64,000 nt of DNA from an uncultured delta proteobacterium (GCA_963713045.1 CAVQKE010000004.1:704001-768000); one strand, 5' to 3'. Numbered from the stretch's first letter, positions 21,399 to 31,433 are shown. Numbers and translations: made by a program. The notes: generated from the letters alone by a model not told the origin.

Positions 21399-21580
21399 CG
21401 CCGCAACTCGTCGAAGGTAGACTGTCCGGGCAGTTGGGAACGGTACTTCTCCAACACCAAGTCGATGCCCTGGCGGATGTACTCTGCTACCGGAACTTTC
21501 GTCTTGTGGTTCAGCTGCTTGAGCAACTCACTCTGTTCAGGCGTAATGTAGATGGTGGTGGACAGCTTCTTGCGTGGCAT
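21395..21580 (-). CDS. Ribbon-helix-helix DNA-binding protein
   Basis: [43 protein letters not shown]; strand-helix-helix pattern; GTGA overlap with next gene. Confidence 0.85.
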   Translation of the reverse strand: MPRKKLSTTIYITPEQSELLKQLNHKTKVPVAEYIRQGIDLVLEKYRSQLPGQSTFDELRR

Positions 21581-21656
21581 GGACGTAGCTGAACGTACAT
21601 GAAGGGTCACCCCGAGGGCCAGGACACCGACGACGGTTTCCCCTAGGAGAGATGCA

Positions 21657-22310
21657 GTGAACCGAAGTCTTACCTGGCAGTTTTCCCTGCTTGCCGTGGC
21701 GGTCCTCGGCTGCGGGGGCAACAAAGCAGTTCAGCCCGATGCTCACGCACAAGCTGTCGGGACCGCGCCGGACGTGCACCAAGAGAAGCGCAGTGATGAA
21801 AGGGTCGTGCAGTACGACCTCAACCGGGACGGCAAGCCGGACGTTTGGGAGTACTACGTGACCGTCAAGGGCACCGACGGGCACGCCACCGAACATCTCG
21901 TGCGCAAGGAAATGGACCTCAACGGCGACGGCAAAGTCGATGCCGTCTATTGGTACGACGACAGTGGGGACAAAATCCGCGAGCAGCTCGACTTGGACTT
22001 CGACGGGAAGGTGGACGAGACCATCTATTTCGAAAAGGGCCAGGTGGTGCGCAAGGAGCGAGACCTCAACGGCGACGGCAAAGTCGACACCTGGCTCTTC
22101 TATGAACATGGGCAGCTGGTGCGCAAAGAGCGCGACACCAAAGGCACCGGCAAAGTCGACTACTGGGAGTTCTGGGAGAACGGTCAGATTGACCGAATCG
22201 GCGAGGACCTCGATGGGGATGGGAATGTCGACCGGTGGACCCGCTCTCCGGACTCGGTCTCCACCGCCACCCCGGTCACCCAGCCACCACCGGCAAGCTC
22301 CACCAAGTAA
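21657..22310 (+). CDS. Lipoprotein with six Dx(D/N)xDG-type repeats
   Basis: Lipobox VLGC; DLNRDGKPD, DLNGDGKVD x2, DLDFDGKVD, DTKGTGKVD, DLDGDGNVD; exact 26-nt repeat at 21915 and 22062. Confidence 0.85.
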   Translation: MNRSLTWQFSLLAVAVLGCGGNKAVQPDAHAQAVGTAPDVHQEKRSDERVVQYDLNRDGKPDVWEYYVTVKGTDGHATEHLVRKEMDLNGDGKVDAVYWYDDSGDKIREQLDLDFDGKVDETIYFEKGQVVRKERDLNGDGKVDTWLFYEHGQLVRKERDTKGTGKVDYWEFWENGQIDRIGEDLDGDGNVDRWTRSPDSVSTATPVTQPPPASSTK

Positions 22311-22325
22311 GGGCGGCGCCGGCGT

Positions 22326-22688
22326 TTAGGGCGCGGTGGTCCCTGCCCGACCATAGGCATCCTCGAGCCGCACCACGTCGTCCAGTTCGGGAGTGCTGAC
22401 CTCGAGCACGTCACAGTCCGTCACCCCCACCATCCGGTGCTTGGTCAGCGGGCGAATGTGGTAACTCTCGCCGGGCCGGAGCGTTTTTTCGAGGAGGCCC
22501 GAGCCCTCGTCCACCACCAGCAGCAGCGTGCCGGAGTGGACGTGAATGGTTTCATCCTTCCGCTGGTGGTACTGCAGCGACAGCCTCTGACCCTGGTCGA
22601 TGTGGAGCAGCTTTCCGACGTAGCGCTCGGTGTGCGCCCAAATCACCTCATAGCCCCACGGTTTCTCGACACGCTTCGGTTGATGCAT
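22326..22688 (-). CDS. Cupin domain protein (mannose-6-phosphate isomerase-like)
   Basis: VEKPWGYE, LSLQYH..KDET, HRM, EVSTPELDDVVRLED.YGR. Confidence 0.9.
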   Translation of the reverse strand: MHQPKRVEKPWGYEVIWAHTERYVGKLLHIDQGQRLSLQYHQRKDETIHVHSGTLLLVVDEGSGLLEKTLRPGESYHIRPLTKHRMVGVTDCDVLEVSTPELDDVVRLEDAYGRAGTTAP

Positions 22689-22700
22689 CCCTGGGGCCTG

Positions 22701-23390
22701 TCACTTGGTCGAGGCAACAAATGCCTCGGTCTTGGTTTCCCGACGGAAGTCCTCCAAGTAGCGGCCGGCCGCTTCCCGTGTCGCAAAGCTTCCCATCCGT
22801 ACCCGGTAGTACGTCCCCTTGCCGGGGACCTCTGCCGTCACGATGTAGGGCGCATAGCCCTTCTCGCGCAAGCGGGACACCATCCGCTCGGCGTCCTCGC
22901 GGCTCTGGCTGGCCCCCAACTGCAGGGTGAAGGGCCCATTCGGCACCGCACCATCACTCGGCTTGGAGGCCGCAGGCGTCGCGGACGGCGCCAACGCCGA
23001 ACGGGTCGCTATGGCCCCAGCATCTGTTGGCTTGGCCGAGGCCGACTTCTCGGCGGCTTTCGAGTCGGACTTGGGCTCAGCGGGCTTTGCCAGCTGCTCG
23101 GGTTTCGCCTTGGCGGCTGGGGGGGGCCCGCCATCCGCTGTCAGCTCTTCTTGAAACGTCAAGGTGGGGGCGGCACGGGCCCTCTCCAGTGCGGCGGACT
23201 TTTGGTCGAGGGCCGACAGCAAGTCCTGACCGCGGTCGGAGCGCTGGCTGCCAGCCAATTTCTGTCCCACCAGGACGCCCAGCGTAAAAACGGCGCCCAG
23301 GACGACGATGCCCGCCGCCAGAAGCGTAACCAGCTGTCTGCTGTCCAGCGAAAGGTCGTACTTCTCCTTCATCCGGTGCGAATCGCGCAT
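22701..23390 (-). CDS. SPOR domain protein
   Basis: N-terminal TM, Pro/Ala linker, C-terminal FTLQLGAS...YRVRMGSF. Confidence 0.9.
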   Translation of the reverse strand: MRDSHRMKEKYDLSLDSRQLVTLLAAGIVVLGAVFTLGVLVGQKLAGSQRSDRGQDLLSALDQKSAALERARAAPTLTFQEELTADGGPPPAAKAKPEQLAKPAEPKSDSKAAEKSASAKPTDAGAIATRSALAPSATPAASKPSDGAVPNGPFTLQLGASQSREDAERMVSRLREKGYAPYIVTAEVPGKGTYYRVRMGSFATREAAGRYLEDFRRETKTEAFVASTK

Positions 23391-23413
23391 AGCCCGCCGT
23401 TTCACCCTTCGGA

Positions 23414-24586
23414 TTATGCCGGCGCTGCAGCTTGGTCAAATTCCTGGGACCGAGCGCGTTCGAGATGGTCCCACGCCCCGCAGCCTGGGCAGCGGAAAGA
23501 AAAGGTGGGGAACTTGGCTTGGCAGCTCCGGCAGATGAAGGCCAACACTGGCTCGCCGAGGGTGCGCAGGACGTCCCGGTACGCATCGCGCAGCGACTCC
23601 AAAGGCCCGCTGGCCAGAAGCAACTCGCCCAGGGCCCGCCGCGCTTCGAGGAAGCCAGGCTCGCGCTGAAGCAGCCCCTGCAACGTCTCGACAGCCTGGT
23701 CCGCTCTGCCGCCGCGCACCAGCGCCTCTGCCCGGGCCAGCGTCAGTGGGCCCGCGGCCCGCGACTGCCGAACGGCCTCACTGGCAAACCAGCTGGCCGC
23801 CGCCTCGGGTGAAAGCCCGGCGTCCAGCAGCAACAGGCCGGTGACGGGTGCCAGCTCCGGTTCCCGTGCCAGCGCCTCTTGCAGCGCGGACTGCGCGGCG
23901 GTCTTCTCACCGAAGGCGAGCGCCGAACGGGCTTGCTCCACGCGCGGGTGCGCCGCGCTTGGGTTCAGGACGGCCGCCCGGTCGGCCAGCGCCCGGGCGG
24001 CCCCGGGGTCCGTCGGCCGCGACGCCGCGGCCAATTCACACAGCAGGTGGGCCAGCACCTCCGCGCCTTGCCCGGAGGCGGCCAGCAATCTCCCCTGCAC
24101 CTCCACCGCTCGGTGCCAGTCGCGGGCTTCCTCCAGCAGTTGCCGGTAGGCGAGCAGCGCCTCTGCGTCCTCCGGGGCGTCGGTGAGCAGCGCCTCGAAG
24201 GTGTCGCGCGCGCGGTCCTGCATTCCAGAGCGGCGGTAGTCCAACGCCAGTTCGAGCTGCGCTCGTCGCCGGACCCCGCGCGGAAGGGCCGGTTTGAGAA
24301 GCATGTTCTGCGCGAGGCGAATGGCCCACGCCAATTCGCCTTTTCTCCTCATCAACGCCGCCAGGGCAAAGTAGGTGTCGTAGGTCGCCGTATTCATCCG
24401 TGCGGCGCGCGACAGCTCCGCAAAGGCAGCGTCCGGTTCATCCGAGAGGACGTAACGCACACCGGCCAGGTAGGCCTTGGAGGCGTCTTCCGTCTTCTGT
24501 TTTCGCGAAAGCACCAACACCAACGCCAGCAGTGCCGCCACTGCGGTGGTCGCTAAAAGCACAAGCAGAATCGAGTCGGAGGACAA
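23414..24586 (-). CDS. lapB: LapB-like TPR protein with C-terminal rubredoxin-like domain
   Basis: N-terminal TM, TPR helices, FICRSC...RCPGCGAW. Confidence 0.75.
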   Translation of the reverse strand: MSSDSILLVLLATTAVAALLALVLVLSRKQKTEDASKAYLAGVRYVLSDEPDAAFAELSRAARMNTATYDTYFALAALMRRKGELAWAIRLAQNMLLKPALPRGVRRRAQLELALDYRRSGMQDRARDTFEALLTDAPEDAEALLAYRQLLEEARDWHRAVEVQGRLLAASGQGAEVLAHLLCELAAASRPTDPGAARALADRAAVLNPSAAHPRVEQARSALAFGEKTAAQSALQEALAREPELAPVTGLLLLDAGLSPEAAASWFASEAVRQSRAAGPLTLARAEALVRGGRADQAVETLQGLLQREPGFLEARRALGELLLASGPLESLRDAYRDVLRTLGEPVLAFICRSCQAKFPTFSFRCPGCGAWDHLERARSQEFDQAAAPA

Positions 24587-24593
24587 CGTGGCC

Positions 24594-25091
24594 CTAGGCC
24601 GCGAGGGCCCGGTCGAAGTGGGGGCGCAGGGCCTCCCACGTCTGGTCGAGGTGTTCCACCATCACCTTCGCCCCGCCCACCACTGGCATGAAGTTGGTGT
24701 CCCCCCGCCACCGGGGCACCAGGTGCCAGTGCAGGTGGCCCAAAATACCCGCGCCGGCGTCGGCGCCCAGGTTCATGCCGAGGTTGGCCCCCTCTGGCCG
24801 GTACACCCCTTCCACAATCCCCTCCGCCGTTTGCAACAGACGGCTGAGGTCCAGTAGCTCCGGCTCGGTCAGCTGGGTGAACTGCCCGACGTGACGGCGC
24901 GGCACCACCATCAGGTGGCCGTTGTTGTAGGGGAAACGGTTGAGCACCGCGAAGGAGTACTCGGTGCGTCCGAGCACGAGGTTCGCCCGGTCGTCGTTTT
25001 CGGCGACAAAACGGCAGAAGATGCAGCCCGGCGGCCTTTCGCCAGTGACGAAATCACGCCGCCACGGCGCCCAGAGGGGCTCCAGGGTCAC
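24594..25091 (-). CDS. HIT family hydrolase
   Basis: LWAPWR, CIFC, NRFPYNNGHLM, HLHWHLVPRW. Confidence 0.93.
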   Translation of the reverse strand: MTLEPLWAPWRRDFVTGERPPGCIFCRFVAENDDRANLVLGRTEYSFAVLNRFPYNNGHLMVVPRRHVGQFTQLTEPELLDLSRLLQTAEGIVEGVYRPEGANLGMNLGADAGAGILGHLHWHLVPRWRGDTNFMPVVGGAKVMVEHLDQTWEALRPHFDRALAA

Positions 25092-26005
25092 TGCGACTCG
25101 CCCGCCGGCGACGTCAGCCGAAACTGAAGACCAGGACCGGCCACCGCTGCCTCCACCCGCGCCGCCACGCCCTCGAGCAGCGTCTGCGCTTCGTCGCCGA
25201 AAAGCTCTGCAAACATCCGGCGCTCCTTGCGCGGGTACTCCATTTTCGGCTGCCCCTTGATGCCGCCCAGCCGACCGGCTTCGGCGACGGCATCTTCGAG
25301 GCCGCCCATCTCATCGACCAGCTTTAACTCTTTGGCCTGCCGGCCAGTGAAGACGCGCCCATCCGCGACCGGCTTCACTTGCTCCACCGTCATGCTCCTT
25401 CCAGTGGCCACCGCTTGGATGAACTGCTCGTGCACATCGTCGAGCACCCCGCGGAAATACGCGCGCTCCTCGGGTGTCATTTCGCGGTATGGGTTGCCGG
25501 CGTCCTTCATCTTTCCAGCGGTGAGCGGCGAGATCTGCACGCCTGCCCACTTGAGCAGCCCTTGGACGTTGTAAAAGGTAAAGATGACTCCGATGGAACC
25601 AGTCAAGGTGCCGGGGTCGGCGTAAATTTTTTCCCCGGCGCAGGCAATGTAGAAGCCGCCCGAGGCTGCGATGGACCCCATCGACACCACGACATGCTTC
25701 TTGCCGTGCAGCTTTTGAACCGCCTCGTAAATCTCCTGGGATGGGGCCACCGCGCCACCCGGGCTATCCACGCGGACCACAATGGCTTTGATGGAGTCCG
25801 AATCGGCGAATTCCCGAAGTTCCTTCAGCGTCTTTTTCGAGTCGGCGATAACTCCGGTGACTTCCAAGACGCCGACCCGCGGCCCAGAGCTGAAACTCCC
25901 GCGTTCGCCCTGAAAGGCGTACCAGGTGAGAGCCAGAAAGCCGAAGAGGCAGAGAAACAGCCCGCCAAAGATGATGCCGATAATCCAGCCTGCGCGACGG
26001 TCCAT
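25088..26005 (-). CDS. sppA: Signal peptide peptidase SppA (36K type)
   Basis: VDSPGG, AASGGFY, TGSIGV, DGRVFTG. Confidence 0.95.
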   Translation of the reverse strand: MDRRAGWIIGIIFGGLFLCLFGFLALTWYAFQGERGSFSSGPRVGVLEVTGVIADSKKTLKELREFADSDSIKAIVVRVDSPGGAVAPSQEIYEAVQKLHGKKHVVVSMGSIAASGGFYIACAGEKIYADPGTLTGSIGVIFTFYNVQGLLKWAGVQISPLTAGKMKDAGNPYREMTPEERAYFRGVLDDVHEQFIQAVATGRSMTVEQVKPVADGRVFTGRQAKELKLVDEMGGLEDAVAEAGRLGGIKGQPKMEYPRKERRMFAELFGDEAQTLLEGVAARVEAAVAGPGLQFRLTSPAGESQ

Positions 26006-26014
26006 GGTCCCTTC

Positions 26015-27076
26015 CTAGCCGATCCACCCGCCGCCGAGTACCTCCGGGCCGCGGTAGAAGACGGCCGCTTGCCCCGGCGTGACTGCCCGGACTGGCTCCA
26101 ACAGCTCAACCGAGAGTCTGCCCCCCTCAAGGGGTGAGACCCGCGCCGCCGCGCCGGCGTGCCGATGCCGGATGCGCACCTGGACCGTTTCGTCAGAAGC
26201 CGGGCACCCATCCACCCAAGACGGACGAAGCACGGTAAAGCGGTCGCGCTCCAGCGCGCGAGCCGGGCCCACCACCACCCGTCGGCGGTCGGCGTCGATG
26301 CGCTCGACGTACAGCGGGGTCGGGGCCGACAGTCCGAGGCCTCGTCGCTGCCCCACCGTGAAGCGGTGGATGCCCTGATGTCGACCGAGCGTCGTGCCGC
26401 TGTCAGTCACCACCTCACCGGACGGCTGCGGGCCGGCGACGCGTTCAACGAAGCCCGCGTAGTCCCCGTCCGGGACGAAGCAAATCTCCATACTCTCCGG
26501 CTTGTGGCTGGTGGGGAGCGCCCGCCGCTCGGCGACGGCGCGCACCTCGGCCTTGCGCAAAGCGCCAACCGGAAACAGGACGTCGCGCAAGGCCTCCTGC
26601 GACAGGCCGAACAGAAAATAGCTCTGGTCTTTGGCCGCATCGGCAGCACACAGCAACCTGTGCCGACCACCCTCTTGGGCGACGCGAGCGTAATGGCCGG
26701 TAGCCAGTTTCGCGCCCAAAGCGCGCGCCCGCTTCAGCAGGAAGCCAAACTTCACCGCCTCGTTGCAAGCGACGCACGGCACCGGTGTCCGGCCATGGAG
26801 GTACTCCTCGACGAAAGGCTGCACCACCCGCTCGCGAAACAACTCCTCGGCGTCGGCCACATAAAAGGGGATGCCCAGCGTCTCCGCCACGGCACGCGCG
26901 TCGTCGATGTCCTCGGGACTGCAGCAGCTTCCGCAGCGCGCGGCATCGGAATAACTCCAGACGCGCAAGGTGATGCCGAGGACCTCGTACCCGGCCTCTT
27001 GCATCAACACGGCGGCCGCGGACGAGTCCACTCCGCCACTCATGGCGACGACGACGCGCATCTTCACCGACGTCAT
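26015..27076 (-). CDS. mnmA: tRNA 2-thiouridine(34) synthase
   Basis: [45 protein letters not shown]. Confidence 0.97.
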   Translation of the reverse strand: MTSVKMRVVVAMSGGVDSSAAAVLMQEAGYEVLGITLRVWSYSDAARCGSCCSPEDIDDARAVAETLGIPFYVADAEELFRERVVQPFVEEYLHGRTPVPCVACNEAVKFGFLLKRARALGAKLATGHYARVAQEGGRHRLLCAADAAKDQSYFLFGLSQEALRDVLFPVGALRKAEVRAVAERRALPTSHKPESMEICFVPDGDYAGFVERVAGPQPSGEVVTDSGTTLGRHQGIHRFTVGQRRGLGLSAPTPLYVERIDADRRRVVVGPARALERDRFTVLRPSWVDGCPASDETVQVRIRHRHAGAAARVSPLEGGRLSVELLEPVRAVTPGQAAVFYRGPEVLGGGWIG

Positions 27077-27079
27077 ATG

Positions 27080-28351
27080 TCAGCCTGGGGCCCCCGGCTT
27101 CAAGCCCTTCGCCTCCGCCCAGACGCGAAGGCCCTCCCGGAGGGTCGTCTCGGTGTTGCGCTCGGGAACTTCCAACACCTGGTCCAACAGCCAGCGGGTG
27201 GCCTCACCCACCATCGGGGAGGGTCCAACGCCGAGGACCTCCATCACCCCACGGCCATCGAGTGCCAGCTCTCGAACTGTCAGGGGCGGGTGGCTGGCCA
27301 GCACGCGCTCGACCTTGGTGCGAATGGCGGGAGCCGACGCGAGCCCACGCGCCGTGGTCAGCCAGAGCGCGTCGGGAACGTGCTCGGCGCCGAGACGTGC
27401 TGCCCAGCGTCGCACCTCGACGTCGTTCCAGGCCGAAGCGTCCTCTGGCAGCGGGTGCGCGAGGAGCCCGCGGACTTCCTCCACCGTCCGCCCAGGCAAC
27501 CGGAGCCGCTCGAGTACCGCCTCGGCTCGCTCTACGGAAAACAGGAGCGCCGACAAGCGCACCGCCAGCTGGGCCGGCACAGCCGCGACGGCTGCCCCGG
27601 CGCCGGCACCGGCCGCCGTCTCGAGTTCCGGAAAGGCCGCCGCCAGCAGGCCGGTGCGGTCTAAAAGGCGAAGCCCGCGCTCGACAGCCGGGGCCAGAAG
27701 CAGCTTCAAGAATTCGTCCCGCACCCGCTCGGGGGCCACCTTGCGGAAAACGGGGATGGCCCCGGGGATGGCTGCCTCGGTGAGTGCGTCCAAGTCGAAG
27801 TCAAGCACGGTGGCAAACCGCACGGCACGAAGCGGACGGAGTCCATCCTCGCCAAAACGGGCCGCCGCATCGCCCACGCTGCGCACCGTGCGTCGCGCCA
27901 AGTCCTCGAGGCCGGCAAAGGGGTCGCGAAACTCCCCCGCCCTGGGGTCGAAGGCCATGGCGTTGATGGTGAAGTCGCGCCGTGCCAAGTCCTCCACCAG
28001 GTCCCGCCGAAACTCCACGTGGTCCGGCCGCCGGCCATCGGCATAGCCCATCTCCACGCGGTAGGTGGTGACCTCCACCTTTGCGCCGCTGAGGAGCACC
28101 GTCACCGTACCGTGGGCGACACCGGTTGGAATGACTCTTCGAAACAACCGCTGGACCTCCGCCGGGACGGCTTGGGTCGCGACATCCCAGTCACCCGGCA
28201 CCCGGGTGGTGAGGAGGTCGCGAACACAGCCTCCCACCAGGAAGGCCTCGTGCCCGGCGCCGTTCAAGCGCTCCAACACTTCAAGAACGCCGGCTGGAAT
28301 GCGCGCTGCTTTCAGTGCGGCCGGCGGAGGTTTCGGTGCATCGCTACCCAT
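27080..28351 (-). CDS. cca: tRNA nucleotidyltransferase (class II)
   Basis: VGGCVRD..DWDVAT, EVTTYR, RRDFTINAMA, EDGLRPLRAVRF, ERVRDE. Confidence 0.88.
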   Translation of the reverse strand: MGSDAPKPPPAALKAARIPAGVLEVLERLNGAGHEAFLVGGCVRDLLTTRVPGDWDVATQAVPAEVQRLFRRVIPTGVAHGTVTVLLSGAKVEVTTYRVEMGYADGRRPDHVEFRRDLVEDLARRDFTINAMAFDPRAGEFRDPFAGLEDLARRTVRSVGDAAARFGEDGLRPLRAVRFATVLDFDLDALTEAAIPGAIPVFRKVAPERVRDEFLKLLLAPAVERGLRLLDRTGLLAAAFPELETAAGAGAGAAVAAVPAQLAVRLSALLFSVERAEAVLERLRLPGRTVEEVRGLLAHPLPEDASAWNDVEVRRWAARLGAEHVPDALWLTTARGLASAPAIRTKVERVLASHPPLTVRELALDGRGVMEVLGVGPSPMVGEATRWLLDQVLEVPERNTETTLREGLRVWAEAKGLKPGAPG

Positions 28352-28371
28352 GGTAGGGAACCCAACCTCGC

Positions 28372-29328
28372 GTGTCCTCGTCAGCCACGTCCACCTCGAG
28401 TCTCACCCTCACAGCGGCTTCCCCACGCTCGTCCCGCTTCGCCTTGGTGGCAACAGCGCTCGGGGCAGCACATCTGGTGGCAATTGGTTTCACCAGCGGC
28501 CTTCGGTGGGAGCACGTGTTGGTGGATGGCCTTTTCATGGGATTGCCATGGTGCGGCGTGCAGGCACGAGCCGTCGCGCGCGCCTGCGTGCCGCTCTGGC
28601 TGACCGGCGTCTTAGTCGACGGGCAGAGGTTTCTTCCATTGCTTGGGCCCATCCGCACCGGCGATTTTCGGGCCCTGGAGTTGAGGTTTTTCAGCGCCGG
28701 GACGCCCCCCATCTCGTGGGCGGAGTGGTTCTCTGCGCGGCCTGTCCTCGCACTCGACCTCCTCTGTGGCGCCGCCTACGCCCTCTTCATTTACGAGTAT
28801 CTGGCAGTCGCCGTCGACTTCTTCTTCCGCGACCGAAAGAAGTTCGATGCTTTTGTGTGGGCCTTCTTCGTGGCAGTCCTGTCCGGTGCGGTCATCTACA
28901 TCCTCCTGCCGGTGGCGCCCCCTTGGTACATCCTCGAACATGGAACTGGACCGGCTGACCCTCATGCGGTGGGCAGTGCCGCCGGTTGCGCACGCTTCGA
29001 CGCCTTTTTCGGAATCCACTATTTTCAAGGCTTCTACGCCCGGAACCCGAGCGTCTTCGGAGCAATGCCCTCGCTCCACGTGACCTACCCCTTCCTGGTG
29101 ACCCTCTTTACCTGGACGCGGGGCTGGCGCTGGCGGCTTCCGACGCTGGCCTTCACCCTCCTCGTCTCCTTCGCGGCGGTCTACTTGGTGCACCATTATG
29201 TGCTGGACGTCCTGGCTGGCTACGCCGTGGCGGTGTGGTCCGCCAAAGCGGGCGTCTACCTCGGCCAGCGATTCGGTTCGCTCGCCCCCGCTGGCTCGGC
29301 CTCGGTGGCCTGGGTTTCGGCAAAATGA
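28372..29328 (+). CDS. PAP2-superfamily membrane enzyme, Aur1/inositol-phosphorylceramide synthase-like
   Basis: PVAPPWY, GSAAGCARFD, FGAMPSLH, YLVHHYVLD; ATGA-coupled to inositol-3-phosphate synthase. Confidence 0.82.
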   Translation: MSSSATSTSSLTLTAASPRSSRFALVATALGAAHLVAIGFTSGLRWEHVLVDGLFMGLPWCGVQARAVARACVPLWLTGVLVDGQRFLPLLGPIRTGDFRALELRFFSAGTPPISWAEWFSARPVLALDLLCGAAYALFIYEYLAVAVDFFFRDRKKFDAFVWAFFVAVLSGAVIYILLPVAPPWYILEHGTGPADPHAVGSAAGCARFDAFFGIHYFQGFYARNPSVFGAMPSLHVTYPFLVTLFTWTRGWRWRLPTLAFTLLVSFAAVYLVHHYVLDVLAGYAVAVWSAKAGVYLGQRFGSLAPAGSASVAWVSAK

Positions 29329-30647
29329 CCGACCAAAAGCGCAGTGGCATTCGGCCGGCGCGAGGGCGCCTCGGTGTCCTCACTCCGGGAGTTGGTGCTG
29401 TCGCGACCACCTTCTTTGCCGGATGCGAGGCTGTCAAACGGGGCTTCGGGCTGCCGGTGGGCTCACTGACGCAGATGGGCACCATCCGCCTCGGCTTGCG
29501 GACCGAGCGTCGGCAACCCTACATCCGAGACTTTGTGCCGCTGGCCCGGGTGGAGGACCTGGTGTTCGGCGGTTGGGACATCTTCCCCGAGGACGCCTAC
29601 CACTCGGCGCGCAAAGCGGGAGTTCTCGATGCAGCGCTCCTCGAGAAGCTTCGCTCGGAACTCCAAGCGATTCGGCCGATGGCCGCCGTCTTCGACGCGG
29701 AATTCGTTAAAAACCTCGAGGGCCCGAACGTGAAACGTGGCCCCACCAAGCTCGACTTGGCGGACCAGCTGCGCCGCGACATCCGCGGCTTCATCCGGCG
29801 CCACGAGCTCGACCGCTGCGTCATGGTGTGGTGCGGCTCGACCGAACGCTACCTGGCTCCCGGACCGGCGCACGCCTCGGTCTCAAGCTTCGAAGAGGCG
29901 ATGCGTGACAACGACCCCTCCATCGCGCCGTCGATGCTTTACGCCTACGCATCCCTGATGGAGGGAGTCCCCTTTGCCAACGGAGCACCCAACCTGACCG
30001 TGGACATTGCCGCGCTTCAGGCACTCGCCAAGAAGCTCCGCGTCCCAATTTCCGGAAAAGACTTCAAGACCGGACAGACCCTGGTGAAGACAGTCATTGC
30101 CCCAATGCTCAAGGCCCGAATGCTCGGTCTGGATGGCTGGTTCTCGACGAATATTCTAGGGAATCGCGACGGCGAGGTTCTGGACGACCCGGGCTCCTTC
30201 CGCAGCAAAGAGGTCAGCAAATTGTCCGTGCTCGACACCATTCTCGAGCCGGCCCTCTACCCTCAGCTCTACGGCGACTTCACGCACCAGGTCAACATCC
30301 ACTACTACCCCCCTCGCGGCGACAACAAGGAGGGATGGGACAACATCGACCTCTTCGGCTGGCTCGGGTACCCGATGCAGCTCAAAATCAACTTCCTATG
30401 CCGCGACAGCATTCTCGCCGCGCCACTCGTTCTGGATTTGGCCCTCTTGAGCGATTTGGCCGCCCGAGCCGGGATGTCCGGCATCCAGGAATGGTTAAGC
30501 TTCTATTACAAAAGCCCGATGGCGGCCCCCGGCCTCGACCCCGAGCACGATTTATTCATCCAACAGATGAAGCTGAAGAATAATCTCCGACACCTGATGG
30601 GCGAAGAACTCATCACCCATCTCGGAACCGAAGATTACGAGGCTTGA
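29325..30647 (+). CDS. ino1: Inositol-3-phosphate synthase (MIPS)
   Basis: GVGAVATT, GGWD, ANGAPN, GKDFKTGQT, NILGNRDG, SKEVSK, GDNKEGWD, CRDSILAAP. Confidence 0.95.
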   Translation: MTDQKRSGIRPARGRLGVLTPGVGAVATTFFAGCEAVKRGFGLPVGSLTQMGTIRLGLRTERRQPYIRDFVPLARVEDLVFGGWDIFPEDAYHSARKAGVLDAALLEKLRSELQAIRPMAAVFDAEFVKNLEGPNVKRGPTKLDLADQLRRDIRGFIRRHELDRCVMVWCGSTERYLAPGPAHASVSSFEEAMRDNDPSIAPSMLYAYASLMEGVPFANGAPNLTVDIAALQALAKKLRVPISGKDFKTGQTLVKTVIAPMLKARMLGLDGWFSTNILGNRDGEVLDDPGSFRSKEVSKLSVLDTILEPALYPQLYGDFTHQVNIHYYPPRGDNKEGWDNIDLFGWLGYPMQLKINFLCRDSILAAPLVLDLALLSDLAARAGMSGIQEWLSFYYKSPMAAPGLDPEHDLFIQQMKLKNNLRHLMGEELITHLGTEDYEA

Positions 30648-30765
30648 ACCCCACGCTGGCGGCAGCAGCGACGCCAGAACCGGGGGCGGAAAATTCAACA
30701 CCAAGGAGCCCGCCAGCGCGGACGCCGGCGAGGCCTGACGAGCAACGTCCCTTCCGGAGTTGGGG

Positions 30766-31419
30766 CTAAAGCCCCTCGCCCCAAGCGAGGCCGGCGTAGA
30801 TGCCCAACCATTGCTGAAAGTCGATGCTTCCAGAATGGAAGGCCATGTTGTAGCGCGTGCTAAGCTGCACTCCGAGCCCTTCGTTGACCGGGATAATGAC
30901 ACCCAACTCCGGCGCGACCCCGAACTGAACCTGCGTCGTCGAGTAGGAGTACAGGCCGATTCCGAGTTGCTGAGCGGTAATGTAAATACCAACGTCGACG
31001 CCTAGAAACGGCCTGACATCATTCTTGAGCTTGGGGACCCATCGAAAGGCGGCAAGAATTGGGAAAAAATTGAAGCTTCGGTCCTGATTCCCATAGACGG
31101 CAAAGCCCGCTTTCGAAACCCCTGGCAAATAGTTAATGGTGGTCGTTAGGTTTTGATAAAAGACGTTCCAGCCGAGCGCCAAGCCGATGGAAAAGGTCGG
31201 CTTGATCATCCAGCCCAGGTCGACGCCAATCCCGCGCCATTCCACGTCAGAAATGTAATTGTAGGTATTCCCGATGGGAATGCCGAGCTGGTACGTGACT
31301 GAGCCGTAGAAGATTTGCGCCGCCTTGTCCGGGGGTGGCCCCGAATAATACGACTGCGCTCCCGCCGACGCAGAGGCGAACAGCACTCCCAGCACGACCA
31401 TCGTCCGTAGCGTTCTCAT
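30766..31419 (-). CDS. Outer-membrane beta-barrel protein
   Basis: Signal peptide, alternating aromatic/Gly strands (FGVAPELG, YAGLAW); start may be 31437. Confidence 0.75.
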   Translation of the reverse strand: MRTLRTMVVLGVLFASASAGAQSYYSGPPPDKAAQIFYGSVTYQLGIPIGNTYNYISDVEWRGIGVDLGWMIKPTFSIGLALGWNVFYQNLTTTINYLPGVSKAGFAVYGNQDRSFNFFPILAAFRWVPKLKNDVRPFLGVDVGIYITAQQLGIGLYSYSTTQVQFGVAPELGVIIPVNEGLGVQLSTRYNMAFHSGSIDFQQWLGIYAGLAWGEGL

Positions 31420-31433
31420 CGAAGCTCCCGGCC

